Source: Octopus sinensis
Lineage: Eukaryota
Direction: 5' to 3'
NCBI RefSeq assembly: GCF_006345805.1
Contig: NC_043012.1
Location: 47,740,001-47,804,000 of the forward strand
Length of the DNA stretch: 64,000 bases
Part shown: in pieces, positions 15,420 to 27,569 of the stretch
How positions within the stretch are numbered: position 1 is the first letter of the stretch
Layout: each line of letters begins with the position of its first letter
Program-made: the position numbers and the translations under genes
Notes under the pieces: generated by a model
What the model was told of the DNA's origin: nothing
Database searches by the model: none
Seen by the model: only the letters and a program-made list of their open reading frames with translations

Positions 15420-15644
15420 CATATATATATATCACGTGATCACATGACAGACCAGACCATCAGAATAAAGAGTGGGAGAAAGAGTGGTGAAAGAGTACAG
15501 CAGGGATCACCACGCCCTGCCGGAGCATCGTGGAGCTTTTATGTATTTTCGCTCAATAAACACTCAGAACGCCCGTCTAGAATCGAAACCGCGATCCTAC
15601 GACCGCGAGTTCGCTGCCCTGACCAGTGGGCCATTGCGCCTCCA

Positions 15645-15645
<1 letters not shown>
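15420..15645 (-). mobile_element. tRNA-derived SINE, near full length
   Basis: Minus strand GGAGGCGCAATGGCCCACTGGTCAGGGCAGCGAACTCGCGGTCGTAGGATCGCGGTTTCGATTC has A- and B-box-like motifs. Embedded in (TA)n. Confidence 0.75.
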
Positions 15646-15860
<215 letters not shown>

Positions 15861-16048
15861 AAATAGAAAGATGAATAATCTTGTAGTAGATTAATCAAAA
15901 GTTTAACCGATACCTTAGTAGCAAAAATCGGTTGCAACGCCAGATGGTTGTACCTCCAACCGTGCTGTTTTACTGCTGTGATTTTTGCTACTAAGGTATC
16001 GGTTAAACTTTTGATTAATCTACTACAAGATTATTCATCTTTCTATTT
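15861..16048. repeat. 68-bp inverted repeat with ~50-nt spacer at PLE 5' end
   Basis: AAATAGAAAGATG...GTAGCAAAAATC (15861-15928) is the reverse complement of GATTTTTGCTAC...CATCTTTCTATTT (~15981-16048). Confidence 0.95.
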
Positions 16049-16101
16049 CACATAATACATACCGCTTCGTCAAGAAACTGCTACTTTAACCGATGCCAAT
16101 A

Positions 16102-18793
16102 ATGGAGTTGTTCGAGATTGATGCGTCCCTTAAGGATATTCTATACCACCAAAGGATTCCTTCCTTAAGGAGTTGGTTTGTAAAACAAACGCATTCATAA
16201 ACCGGATAAGATGGCTCATTTTCTTCCACGAGAACGAAGATCTAAAATCGAACCGGACAACAGCATCGTCCGAATACGGCCGGTTTTTAAAACATTGGAT
16301 ACGCCGCCACCGAACCCAAGACTGAAGAAGCTTGAGGACGACTTGTGGGACATAGTTAGAAAGATAAGTTCAGGAAGTCACCCAGGAGAAATGCCCACCT
16401 CAGATACCTAGATAAAATTACCAAGGACATTAATAGAACGGACGGAGTCCTGGTCCAGTCCGACAAGACCAGGAACACATACAAGATGCCCATTAAGCAG
16501 TACCTAGATTTACTCGGTAAAGAGATCAAGAAAAATTATAGAAAAACCAATTGGAGAACCCTGAGGAAGGTAAACTTGGAAATTAAGGATATAATATTTA
16601 AACACCGAATTCAATGAGAACTCAGCCGCTTAGCCCCAAGCAACCCAGATTTATAGTGAAGGACCATAAACCTAACTTCCACACCAACCCAGCGCTAAGA
16701 CTCATATGCCCTGCTAGATCTGATATCGGGATAATCAGTAAGTACATTTTAGATAAATATATCCCTAGTTTAGTAAACAAGCTGAAGCTCAGCCTCTGGG
16801 CCAACTCCTCGCAGGTAGTGAAGTGGTTCTCTTCCATCCCCAATAAGAACCGTACTAGGTTCATTCAGTTTGATATCGCCAGCTTCTACCCCACGATTAA
16901 CCCTAGTGTGCTAAATAAGGCCCTCTGGCATGCTCACAACAAGGCTGGCCTCACCAGAGAAGAGATAGATATCATTTTAGTGCCAGGAAATCGTTATTAA
17001 GTTTGATAATAAGTTGTGGATCCGTAAAGATACTCCCAATGAATTTGATGTGCCTATGGGTAGTTCGGATAGTGCGCAGATAGCCGATTTGGTCGGAATA
17101 TATATTCTCTACGAATTGTCCGATCAATTCCCGGAGATCGCGGGCGGCCTGTATCGTGACGATGTCTGTTTTACCTGCAAAACACCACGAACAGAATAGT
17201 GCAGAAAACTAAGAGCAGGTTAGCTAGGTTTTTTAATAGAATGGGCATGAGTATAGTTTTTGATAATGAACTCACCAAGGCTAATTTCCTAGACGTTACA
17301 CTTAACCTTAATAGCGACTCATACTGCCCTTACCATAAGCCTTCCACTAATTTGAAGTATGTCAGTGTCTTCTCAAATCATGCCAAAACCGTAACAGACA
17401 ATTTGGTTAAAAACATCTCTCTAAGATTGTCTGGCTTGTCCGCCAGTGCCGATTTTTATGCAGAAAGCGGAATTTTATAACGCCGCACTATCCAAGGCCG
17501 GTTATAGGCAGAAGGTAATTTATATTGATCCGGCCCTTCCGATGCCATCATTCGGTCATCAGGATAGGGTCGTATATAATAACATTAACATTTTAAGTAA
17601 GGACGGGAGCGCGGCGGATGCCGGGGTAGTCGCTCCCGCATTTAATTTAGCGAACAAGGATAATTATCGGTCCGGGAGGTCTTACACTAACCCAAGACCC
17701 GTTATTCATCCGAGAATCACCCACCCGAATGCGAGAGCTGGCGTCCCGACCCATCACACTGATAGGAATAAGCATATATGGTTTGTAATCCCCTTTGGTA
17801 AGCAGATTAGAACTAACCTCCCCCTCATGTTTAGACAAGCCATCGCCAATAACTTCCCCAGAAATTCCAAATATTACTCCACGGTTAACTCACATAAAGT
17901 TAGGATAGCTTTCTCCAACACTAAAAACCTCGCCCAGATAATCGCCTCCCATAATAATAGGCTACTTACTAAGACCCTATCACCTTTTTCCGGAGGCACA
18001 GCCTCTTCCGCTCCCGGTTTAATGCTCAGTAGGAATAATTATAGTAGTAATAATGATATGAGAGCCAGTACAGTGACACATAATCTCAGCTCCAGCCAGG
18101 GAGTACCCACTAGGGGTATAGTTATAAATAGGGGTGTTGTGGTTGACGGTAACTATGGGAGTAGGGTAGAGAGCCCCATTAGCATCCCCAGCATCATTTC
18201 CCGCAATAGCAGTACCACGGGCAGTAGCAATGACAGCACTCTGATAGATAGTGGAGAATCAGGGGTTATTCCTATAGTTAATAGTGACGTAGTGGAAAAT
18301 AGAGTAGTAAGCGGCTGCAGGTCTCGGAACGAATATAGTGACAGGAACGCAGTTCTAATTTCAGAAACCAATCCTAGCAGATTAAGATTCACGTCGGCGA
18401 ACTCCAAGATCAAAAACGCCGTCTACCAATGCAAGGTTTACACGGACTCAGATGCCTTCACTTATGTAGGGGCATCATCCTCAAGATTGTCTTTGCGTGT
18501 CTCCAACCATTACGCAACTTTTCGGGACGTGAACAAGCGCCAGACCACGGGACTCAGTAAGCTAATATGGCGACTGAAGGATGCGAACTTAAGCTATAGG
18601 CTGGAATGGTCAATTTTGTCGTGTGGCCCTCCCATTTGATAGGGGCAGAAGACAGTGCAACCTTTGTGTCTCCGAACTCTTCCATATTTTGTTTGCCAGA
18701 GGCCGGATGGTAAACGGGCTCTTACAGTCGGCTTTTCGATGCCCCCATTGGCGGCGTTACACTTATCTGGCTTTAAATAGCGTTTATAAATAA
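16102..18793 (+). pseudogene. PLE reverse transcriptase + GIY-YIG endonuclease, frameshifted
   Basis: FIQFDIASFYPTI, FDVPMGSSDSAQIADLVGIYIL, GLYRDD, NFLDVTL, YHKP; endonuclease AVYQCKV...YVGAS...RVSNH...EWSIL; after a frameshift CNLCVSE and RCPHWRR, stop at 18793. Confidence 0.9.
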
Positions 18794-19529
18794 TACCGGC
18801 ACCCATAGCCCTTGGTAACAAATTCTGAAATAGCCTTTAAGATATCTACGATTAACCACTGCAAGGGGAATTACTCTGTAAGACAAACGGGGCTTGGTTT
18901 TTTCACAGCGGGGGGTTTCCTTGACAAGGCAGGTTAGATGAACACACACACACATAAAACATAATATATATTATATTTTTTTATTTTTTTCTTTCTGCCA
19001 CCCAACGGTTATCACGGCAGTAGCCACTGACAGCCGAACGATCAAACGCACACACGTACACAAAAAATGTTTTCTACCCCTACGCCAACACACACACATA
19101 TATAGAACAGTATACACACACACACGTCTCTAAGTAGATTTTTTCTCGCCCCTTATAAAACATCCAATATTCTTTAAATAGTCAGAACTTTATTCTCGGT
19201 CACAAGAACATCTATACACCCTCACCCACATGATTGACCGATGCCTGACCCGTTGAATTCTTCAGCCACCGGTTCTCAACATACACTGATAAACAGTTTC
19301 GCCATGGGCTCTTAGGAGCACAGTTCGATTTGTTTTTGGCTCCGCCTCTGTTCTGTTTTTGTTTTTCCAACGGATTTCCTTTTTTCTTCCTGAAGAGAAA
19401 GACACAATATGGTCCCATTATTCAATCGGATTTTGGTAATTTGTGCCTTTCGAAACACGTGTAGAATGAAATAAAACGATTTCTGTTCAATCTGCGTTCA
19501 GCTCCATTTCTTCAATTCACCAATAATGT

Positions 19530-19693
19530 TTTATATATATATATATATACATTATATAATATATATATTATATATATATATATATATATAATATATAGTC
19601 TATATATATATATATTATATATTCTAGGGTATATATATATATATATATAATATATATATATATATATAATATATAATAATAGATACATATATC

Positions 19694-19725
<32 letters not shown>

Positions 19726-19740
19726 TATAATATATATATG
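19530..19740. repeat. (TA)n microsatellite
   Basis: Read directly from sequence. Confidence 0.97.
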
Positions 19741-19791
19741 AAAAAACAAGTCAAGATAGAAAATGCTAAAATAATTTTATAGAGAACATTT

Positions 19792-19828
19792 CAGTACCGG
19801 TTTCGGTCATTTGAGACCTTTTCAACTG
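19792..19828 (-). ncRNA. minimal type I hammerhead ribozyme motif, U3-A8 core variant
   Basis: Minus strand CAG-TTGAAAA-GGTC(TCAAAT)GACC-GAAA-C CG GTA-CTG: stem I CAG/CTG, 4-bp stem II, palindromic helix III ACCGGT. Confidence 0.7.
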
Positions 19829-20451
19829 TAACGATTAAATATTAAATTTTGAAAAATTAGAAGAAAAGTTTTTTTAAAAGAATATTTTATAGTAGTGTTC
19901 AGATTTAGTGCATTCTGCCTTTTTCTCTGACTCCCTTGTTGCCCTTGGTGTTCGAGGTAGTTGTGAGTTCTTGGTAGGGTAGTAGAGAAGAAGGCTGGTG
20001 AGGAAAGGGGGGTGGGAGAATCTGGGAGTGCCCTGATGGTGTATTTTGAATGGTCAGTGGCGGCTGGCAGTCTCAGTTCAATTCAGGAGAATATATATAT
20101 TGACAGGCTTGTTTATAGAATTAGCGTAGGTGTTATACTAAAAAACATTAGTGACAAAGTTAAGGGGTAGGGGGTGGAGAAGTAGTAGAAGAAGAAGAAG
20201 AAGAAGAAGAAGAAGAAGAAGAAGAAGGAGAAGATGACGATGATGGTGATGGTAGTGATGATTATGACGACGATGATGATGATAATGATGATGATGAAGA
20301 AGAAGAAGAAGAAGAAGAAGAAAAAACAGAGAAGGGAGGATATGAATGGGTGTAAGTATAGCTATGAAGGGGCTGATTAGTAATGGATTCTATGGAGTGT
20401 AGTATTTGTGTGTGTAATATATTTTTTTCTTTTTTCCAAAGTTGAGGTATA

Positions 20452-23439
20452 TTAATTGTTTGTCGTAGACCCGTTAAGAAGTGGCTTGTATTTGTAATAA
20501 AGAGATTTTCTTTACTTATTCGTTGTCTCGAGGTTGTATCGTCCCTAAATTGGTAGAGGGGGAAAATTCTGAAGTTTGGTGTTTTTTTTTGTGGCGCAAG
20601 TATCTATGTGTTGGCTAAAAGCTATTTTTCTGTTTTGGGGAATTTTTATCTGGGATCTTTGCAGGGCCATTCGTTTACGCAAACCATTTTTTGTTGGCCT
20701 ATGTACTGCTCTTGACACCCGGAGCAGGTTAGTGAGTATATTAGGTTCTCCGAAGCACATGTGAAGTTGCTTTTCACTGTAAACCGTTGTCCCTGTTTGA
20801 AGGAGAACTCAGAACCCTCGATTAGATAGTCGCATATCCCGCAATTGGGTCTTCCACATTTTTTTACTGTCGGCTTCTGTGTTGAAGAGTGAATTCGGGC
20901 TTGTGTAAGGAGACTTTTCATGGATCTAGGCTGTCTTTTGCTTTTTATGATCGTGTGTGTTTGGAGGATTGTGTTCATTCTGTGGTCTTTTTTTAGGAGG
21001 GGTATGTTGTGGAGGATGGTGTCGAAGGCTTCGTTATTGAGAGGGTTGTGTGTGGAGATGTATGGTAAGGCTTTTGGTTGTAAGTTTTTCTTTGATTTGG
21101 GATGTCTCAGTTCCTTGATGTTAAGTTGAAGGGCACGTTGAATGCACTTGTCAATAAGTGAAGGTGGATAGTTCCTGGTGATTAGGGTATCTTTTAGTTC
21201 TTGTAGTCGTGTGTCTCTGGTGTTTGCGTTAGAGACTATAGTGCATATCCTTTTTGCTAGATTGAAGGGGATATTCATCCTGGTGTGTCTGGGGTGGCAT
21301 GAATTGAATGGAAGATATTGCTTAGAGTCTGTAGGCTTATAGTATATGTCTGTTTCTATTATATTATTAGCTTTCTTAATGAGGATATCGAGGAAGGGGA
21401 GTTGTTGTTGGCTATATTCCATCGTGAATTGGATGTTTACGTCCAGTCCGTTTAAAATTTTCTGGAATTCTATGAGTTTTTCTATATTTTATGCCAACAG
21501 TCATCAGAGATATCTCTTCCAGTTGTTTTCTATGTAGATGGAGAAAGGCTGCCATATCTTTCTAGAACCTTACGATACAGAGTGATCTCTAGGTATCCTA
21601 TGACTAGGTTGGCAAAGGAGGGGGCCATTCGTGTACCCATCGCAGTCCCCGATTTTGTCGGTAGAAGTTGTCATTGAAGGCGAAGAAGTTATTTTCCAGG
21701 ATGAATTTAACCCCTTCTATCACAAATTCTTTTTTGATGCGGTGTGGTAGTTCGTTGGCGTGATTCTCTAGCCAGAATTGGATTGCCTCTAGTCCTAGTT
21801 GTGGGGGATATTGGAGTAGAGGTTGACTACATCGAAGGATACCAGTATGGTGTTTTTGTTTATAGTATTCGGTAGGTGATTGAGCATATCTAAGTCGTCC
21901 CTTATATAGCTTTTGACATGTTTGAGGAGTGGTTTTAACAGGGTGTCTAAAAAGTTACTGAGGCGGTGGGTTTCGCATGCGGGACCTGCTATTATGGGTC
22001 TCAATTTGAGGTCATTAGGATTAGGGACTTTAATTATTTTGTCTGTAGCTATCTTGCATGCGTTGCTTATTTTTTCACTTTTGTGGATCTTAGGTATACC
22101 GTAGAATTGGCTAGTTTTACTTGTGAAATTGGTCATATAATCATATTCTTGTCGGTGAGCCCTGCTTTGTATGGGTTTAATATGGATTTTAGTTCCCTCA
22201 TTATTTTTTGTTGACTGTAGTTTTGTGCCTTTTCATAGTATGTTGTGTCTTCCAGCATAGAAAGTACCAAAGTTATGTAAAATGTCGTATCCATTAAGAC
22301 AACAGCACTCCCTTTATCGGCCTCTTTGATTGTTATTGTTTTATCTAGTTTTAATTTGTTCAACTCAGCCCATTCTTTTTTGCTGAAGTTTGGTTTGTGT
22401 TTTTGTTTGTGCATATGTTGATATGGGTAATTTGATATGTGGTCACAGAAATCATCAAGTGTTTTATTCTTACCTTTCGAGGGGGTGTAGTTACTCCTAT
22501 TTCTGGCTAACGATTCGTCCTCGTTGTATTTATCGTATAGCTCCTCAGTAAGTCTTAATTTTCTGCAGAATTCTGCGATGTCTTCTTTCATTTCATTGTA
22601 GTTGGGGTGTTGTGGGGTGGGTGTAAACTTGAGTCCTTTGGAAAGTATGTTTATTTGGTTTGCTGTTAGTTCCTTGTGAGTTATATTAATAATTTTTATT
22701 ACTTTTGGTTCCTCCTGCTTGTTTGGTGCTATCTTGTGTCTCTGTGTTTGCGTATTGGGTCTAAAAAATGAATGCGGTGGTTGGGACGGTAACTAGTATA
22801 TAGTTGTTCTTTGTTGATTAGGGGTCTCCTGTTGTGATTTATGGTGTGTGTTCTTGGAGCAGTATTAAGGAGAGCATCCCGATATCCCATATTCGGGTGT
22901 GGTGTTCTAGGAGGCCTTCGTTGGTAATCATTGCAAGTGGTGTGGGTTTGTTGTGCATGGTTGTTTAACCGGTTAATGGGACGAAGATTTCGTTGGTAAC
23001 TCCTTTGGGTGGGGATGAGGTTGCAGTGTCTATGCTGTGGGTGTTGATTTATCCTTTCTCTGCTTGAAGTGGGGGTATTCCCGATATTGTATCGCTGGCT
23101 GCTTACAGAGTTAGGGTTAGGTCCTGTATTCTTTTTTTGATAGTAGTGAAGGTTCCGATTTTTAGACAGGTGTGTATCGGTGTTTGGGTGTTGTTTTGGT
23201 TTCTTATTTTCTGGAAAGGGTTGTTGGAGGCGTGCTCTGTTTGAAAGACGGCTTCATAGTCTGAGAACCAAGTGGCGCTTTTCTCCCAGCGTTGGAGAGA
23301 TTTTAGTTCTTCTTTTTCACAGTCCTCTTTCCATAGTTTGGAGAACTTCTCTTGATCTGGGCCTTGGGTCATTTTGCGAATTTCTTCGTTGATATCTTCA
23401 TCGGTGGATTTTATTTTATCCTCATTCGTTTGGGCCCTC
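20452..23439 (-). pseudogene. Neptune-like PLE RT + Zn-finger linker + GIY-YIG endonuclease, frameshifted
   Basis: KADKG-like EADKGSAVVLM, FYGIPKIHK, LRPII, ILVSFDVVNLYSNIPH, disrupted WKRYL(DD), LPFLDILI, YYKPTD, CGRPNCGIC, LIYSLTCSGCQEQYIGQ. Confidence 0.9.
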
Positions 23440-23452
23440 AATATATATATAT

Positions 23453-23484
<32 letters not shown>

Positions 23485-25477
23485 CTATACATACAATCAT
23501 ATATGTATGCATATACGTGTACATATGCGTGCATATATATATACATGCATATATATATATATATTCTCTAGTTTCAGCTCAGAGCTGCGGCCATGCTGAT
23601 GCACCGCCGTTATATATATATAAGTTATTACTTGCGTAAGGGTACACCGATGAATCAGCTAGACAAAATTTGTTGATTTACTACAGTTAGCTTTTAGTAA
23701 TCTAACATTAGATTTCACCACCTTCTTTTGCATCTAAGAAATGTTTGGCTTCTTGTTCCTAACTCTCTTAGTTCCTGTTAATTTATTTATCTTGAAAATT
23801 ATTTCTTCTTTTAAGTTATGTACCCTGTACACGAAACAAATCTAAACCAAGTAAGGGCTTCCCCGACTACCAAGTGTTTTCTTTTCCTTTTTGTCTTTCA
23901 ATATTTCTCAAATAATATATGACTTCCATAAGGGTACTCGGAAGAACTACTTACACTATAATTGTAGATTTATTGTAGCTAGATTATAATAATCTACCTG
24001 TAGCCTCCGCGCCTTTCGATTTTCATTTCATCTAAATTTCAGTTCTTAACTCTCTTAATTTTTCTTGAACTATGAATATATTTTTAAGGGTTTTTTTCTG
24101 TATCTTATATCGCCCCTGAGGGAAACGCATCTTGCTCTAGACAGAGCATCTCTAACTGCTTATTTTAATTTCGTGCTACTCCTTTTAAATTCTTAAGAGT
24201 CACTCCAAACAGACTTTATTGCCATATCATATTTCACAGCAAACATCAAACTCTGCTATCTTCGACACTGAAAAAAGAAAGAAAACAATTCCCCCCCCCC
24301 ACATAATTTCTACTTAAAATAAGACTGTCAAGCACTGAACTGTCCAGTTTGCTTCAAAACCATGCAGCTGTAATAACATTAATAAAGCTGCATGGATATA
24401 TATACCCTGGATGAACATATAATGCAAATGAACCCACAGGATGGAATTAAATGCCTGATCTTTGGAGGTCTATGCAGCAGAAACAAGTGCCGGACTGAGA
24501 TTTAAAGTGAATGAATCGTATGTAATACTGTAATAAACACGTCTTTTTGCGGATATATAATGTATCATACATATACATATATGTGTGAGTGTACATGGAT
24601 ATGTATATGTATGCCTACATATGTAGCATGTATATATATATATACGTGTGTGTGCGTGTGTTTGTGTATGTATTACATTTGCTTCTATTAACTGTTTGTA
24701 TTTCTTATTGGTATTGTTTATATTTTGACTAATGCCACACTCATTTCTGCCTTTTTGTAGTATGTGAGCAGTGTTTATGGTTGTTATTGTTAGTTTTCTC
24801 TTTCTTAAGGAAACTTCTGAAGAATTGCTTTTTGCGCAATCAGCGACCGCTCCATTAGACCCTTCTGATATGATATATATCCAATTACCCGAATAGTAGA
24901 TACGTGCTAGACGACTAATATAATAGACTGCCTCCTGGCTAGATGGTAATAAATATTTGGCATATGAAATTGGAAACCAAGTTACTATGCATCGTTTAAT
25001 GATGTTGACTTTGAGAAGGGTGGAGGTGTATTGGTTTAGCAACAGTACAGTGGACAGTGTTGGCTTTGTGATTACATTCAGGAAGATTAGTGAATTGCTA
25101 CTTCACGTAATATCCTAATAATTTCCACAGATTGTCAATTAGTGTCTATACACACACGTGCGCGCGCAAAATCACACGCGCGCACATACACATACACACA
25201 CATCTATATCGCTTATCTTTTATCTTGCATCTTTTAGTTCTTTCAGCCACTAGACTGTGGAGAGCACTGGGGCACCGACTTGAAGAACTGTAGGCGATCG
25301 AACCGACAAAAGTTCCTATCTTTTTCTAGAGTCTGGTACTTTTTCTCATCGATCTGATGTGTCGGAATGCTAAGGTCCAGAACTGTAAACACCCCAACAT
25401 CGGTTGTCACATGTTGGTTGGTAATAAACACAGACACAAAGATACCGACACATATACACTCAGACACACATACGCAA

Positions 25478-25533
<56 letters not shown>

Positions 25534-25568
25534 ATTAATCAAAATAAAAACATGATGCCAAGGATCCA

Positions 25569-25646
25569 GCGGTACATATGTTTCGGGCCTTTATTAGACG
25601 GATTTATAACAATGCATAATGTGTGTCTATGGCCATCTTCAGCCGC
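25569..25646 (-). ncRNA. type I hammerhead ribozyme motif (left arm)
   Basis: Minus strand GCGG-CTGAAGA-T-GGCC...GGCC-C-GAAA-CATATGTA-CCGC. Confidence 0.75.
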
Positions 25647-25913
25647 GCACAACTACTACCTCAAGGACATGTATTACATCAAAAATTCTACTTTGGGGAT
25701 GCAAATCCTCTCATTCGCGTACGACACAATGCGGCAACAGCATAAAAATGAAGCGTCCATCTCGTCCTTCTCTCAATGTAGAATTGAGAGAAGGACGAGA
25801 TGGACGCTTCATTTTTATGCTGTTGCCGCATTGTGTCGTACGCGAATGAGAGGATTTGCATCCCCTAAGTAGAATTTTTGATGTAATACATGTCCTTGAG
25901 GTAGTAGTTGTGC

Positions 25914-25991
25914 GCGGCTGAAGAAGGCCATAGACACACATTATGCATTGTTATAAATCCGTCTAATAAAGGCCCGAAACATATGTACCGC
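25914..25991 (+). ncRNA. type I hammerhead ribozyme motif (right arm)
   Basis: GCGG-CTGAAGA-A-GGCC-A-TAGAC...GTCTA-ATAAA-GGCC-C-GAAA-CATATGTA-CCGC; predicted cleavage after A25987. Confidence 0.75.
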
Positions 25992-26220
25992 TGAATCCTT
26001 GGCATCATATTTTTATTTTTATTAATTTACTCCACCACCTACACCACCAAACGGTATATACAGGTGCTTACAATTATCAAGTACTCACCCTGAATTTCTA
26101 TATATATATGTGTGTGTGTATATATATAAACAATATATGTGTATATAAATATACAAAAATATATATGTATATATATATATATATATATCTATATATATAT
26201 ATATATATATACATATACAT

Positions 26221-27486
26221 ACTAGCAGTATAGCCCGGCTTTGCTCGGGATTAAGTTAGGATTATTAAGCTAATGAAGTCTTTTATTTCAAAGCAAAGTA
26301 AGTGACATCGACGTCAAATTTGAGTGGAATCCGTTGAAATTGGTAAATTTTGGCTGCAATTTTGCAGACAATTTGATTGGGATATCCCATAAGGAATCGG
26401 TTTATCGATTTTTTCCACTCATCGATTGTTTTGTTTTTTTTCATGTAACCCCACTTTGCCCATGGGTTGAGAACCCTTCCAGCAAGGAAAATAGAACGCC
26501 CAAAAGGGACCCCGATCCTCTGTGTGAGAAGCGGTTATGTTCAGATCACAACTAAGTATATATATATGGGCAACACACACAAACATATACGTGCATACAC
26601 CTATTGCATACATGTTTTTGCATGCCTTTGCCCCTGCCAATGTCCCACCACTACCTCGTACTCGATTAATATTATCAATTGAAGCAAATTTGGCACCCGG
26701 AAGTAAGTTTTTTAACAGGAATAGAAAAGCCTACTTTCTCCCGTAGAGATGTGAAAGTCATATCTCTCCTTTCGAAAACATGAACAGTTTCGAAACATTG
26801 TTTACAAAATAGCTGATCGTTTTCGAAGGAGCATGTCTACAGTCAACACGTAGGTCTTTTGCTCTGGTAACCTTTGTTATCCCCAATGTTCACGCTAGAC
26901 CAGCTATATATCGCTATGAGTAGAGCAACGGATTCAGCTACTTTGGAAATTAGCTGTGGAGAAACGGAGAGTATCATTTATGTTACCCGTATGTATACAT
27001 ATATATGGACATCACACACACACACACACGCACATTGCATACATGTGTTTTGTACGCATACATGCTCGTGTGTGTGTATGTGTGAGTGGAGCCATTCACA
27101 CATACATACATAACAACACCTGTCTGTCTGTTATTGCCAGTAAAAAGACGAAATTATAAAAATCTGTTAACTCCCTCTCACTCTCCCTCTCACTCTCCCT
27201 CTCCCCACCTCTCTTTACACTGTCGCTAGGAAGGACTTAACTCATGTTTGTTTTGTAAAGAATGGTAGATTTCGCCGCCGTAAAAATTTAGAGGTTATGG
27301 CTCAAAATTATTTACCACTATTCGCGGGTGCCTCGGGGGAAAATAATTTGACGAAAATATAGCGAGGATCGTGACGAATGTCCTCCTAAAAGATGAGCGA
27401 CATGCGTGCTAATTTGTGCATGTGCATAAACTACAATCTCGTACACACACACACACACACACATCCTGCTTTATATATATACAGAT
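26221..27486 (+). mobile_element. non-autonomous Helitron/Helentron-like element
   Basis: 5' ACTAGCAGTATAGCCCGGCTTTGCTCGGG hairpin (shared with 55429), internal helicase remnant, 3' TATATATACAGAT-like end. Confidence 0.65.
26670..26990 (+). pseudogene. Helitron Pif1-like helicase C-terminal remnant
   Basis: HVGLLL...PMFTLDQLYIAMSRATD...ETESIIY resembles the Helitron motif VGLYL..PVFSHGQLYVALSR...T.NIVY. Upstream IEANLAPG resembles IEA.I..G. Confidence 0.7.
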
Positions 27487-27569
27487 ATATATATATATGA
27501 ACACAAATTTAATGCTGACTTATTATTATTGTTATTATCATTACTATTATTATTATTATTATTATTGTT

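Larger units (their letters stand above)
15861..18950 (+). mobile_element. Penelope-like retroelement, apparently full length, C-terminal GIY-YIG (possibly Hydra-clade type)
   Basis: RT and endonuclease motifs in canonical order, 5' inverted repeat, flanked by (TA)n and (CA)n. Clade assignment is inference. Confidence 0.9.
19738..23440 (-). mobile_element. Neptune-like Penelope retroelement, 5'-truncated, inserted in (TA)n
   Basis: RT + Cys-rich linker + GIY-YIG on minus strand; 3' region carries a hammerhead motif; both flanks are (TA)n. Confidence 0.9.
25534..26026. repeat. near-perfect palindrome: 244-bp arms, 5-nt loop (GTAGA, 25778-25782)
   Basis: Arms 25534-25777 and 25783-26026 are reverse complements with about 5 mismatches counted by eye. 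Confidence 0.98.
25534..26098 (+). mobile_element. PLE terminal fragment with inverted duplication, in (TA)n
   Basis: Right arm plus tail is homologous to 5770-6080. Hammerhead motif present. (TA)n on both flanks. Confidence 0.75.

Noticed and set aside
19995-20030. G-quadruplex candidate
   Set aside because: Marginal G-runs inside a retroelement 3' region; no further support.
15861-23440. Permuted (N-terminal endonuclease) Naiad/Chlamys-type PLE
   Set aside because: GIY-YIG lies C-terminal to RT in both elements.
23640-24290. Possible further retroelement N-terminal coding remnant
   Set aside because: No diagnostic motif survives; stops in all frames.
25534-26026. ADAR (A-to-G) signature in the palindrome arm mismatches
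   Set aside because: Only 2 of about 5 mismatches are A/G-type; too few to separate from ordinary transitions.
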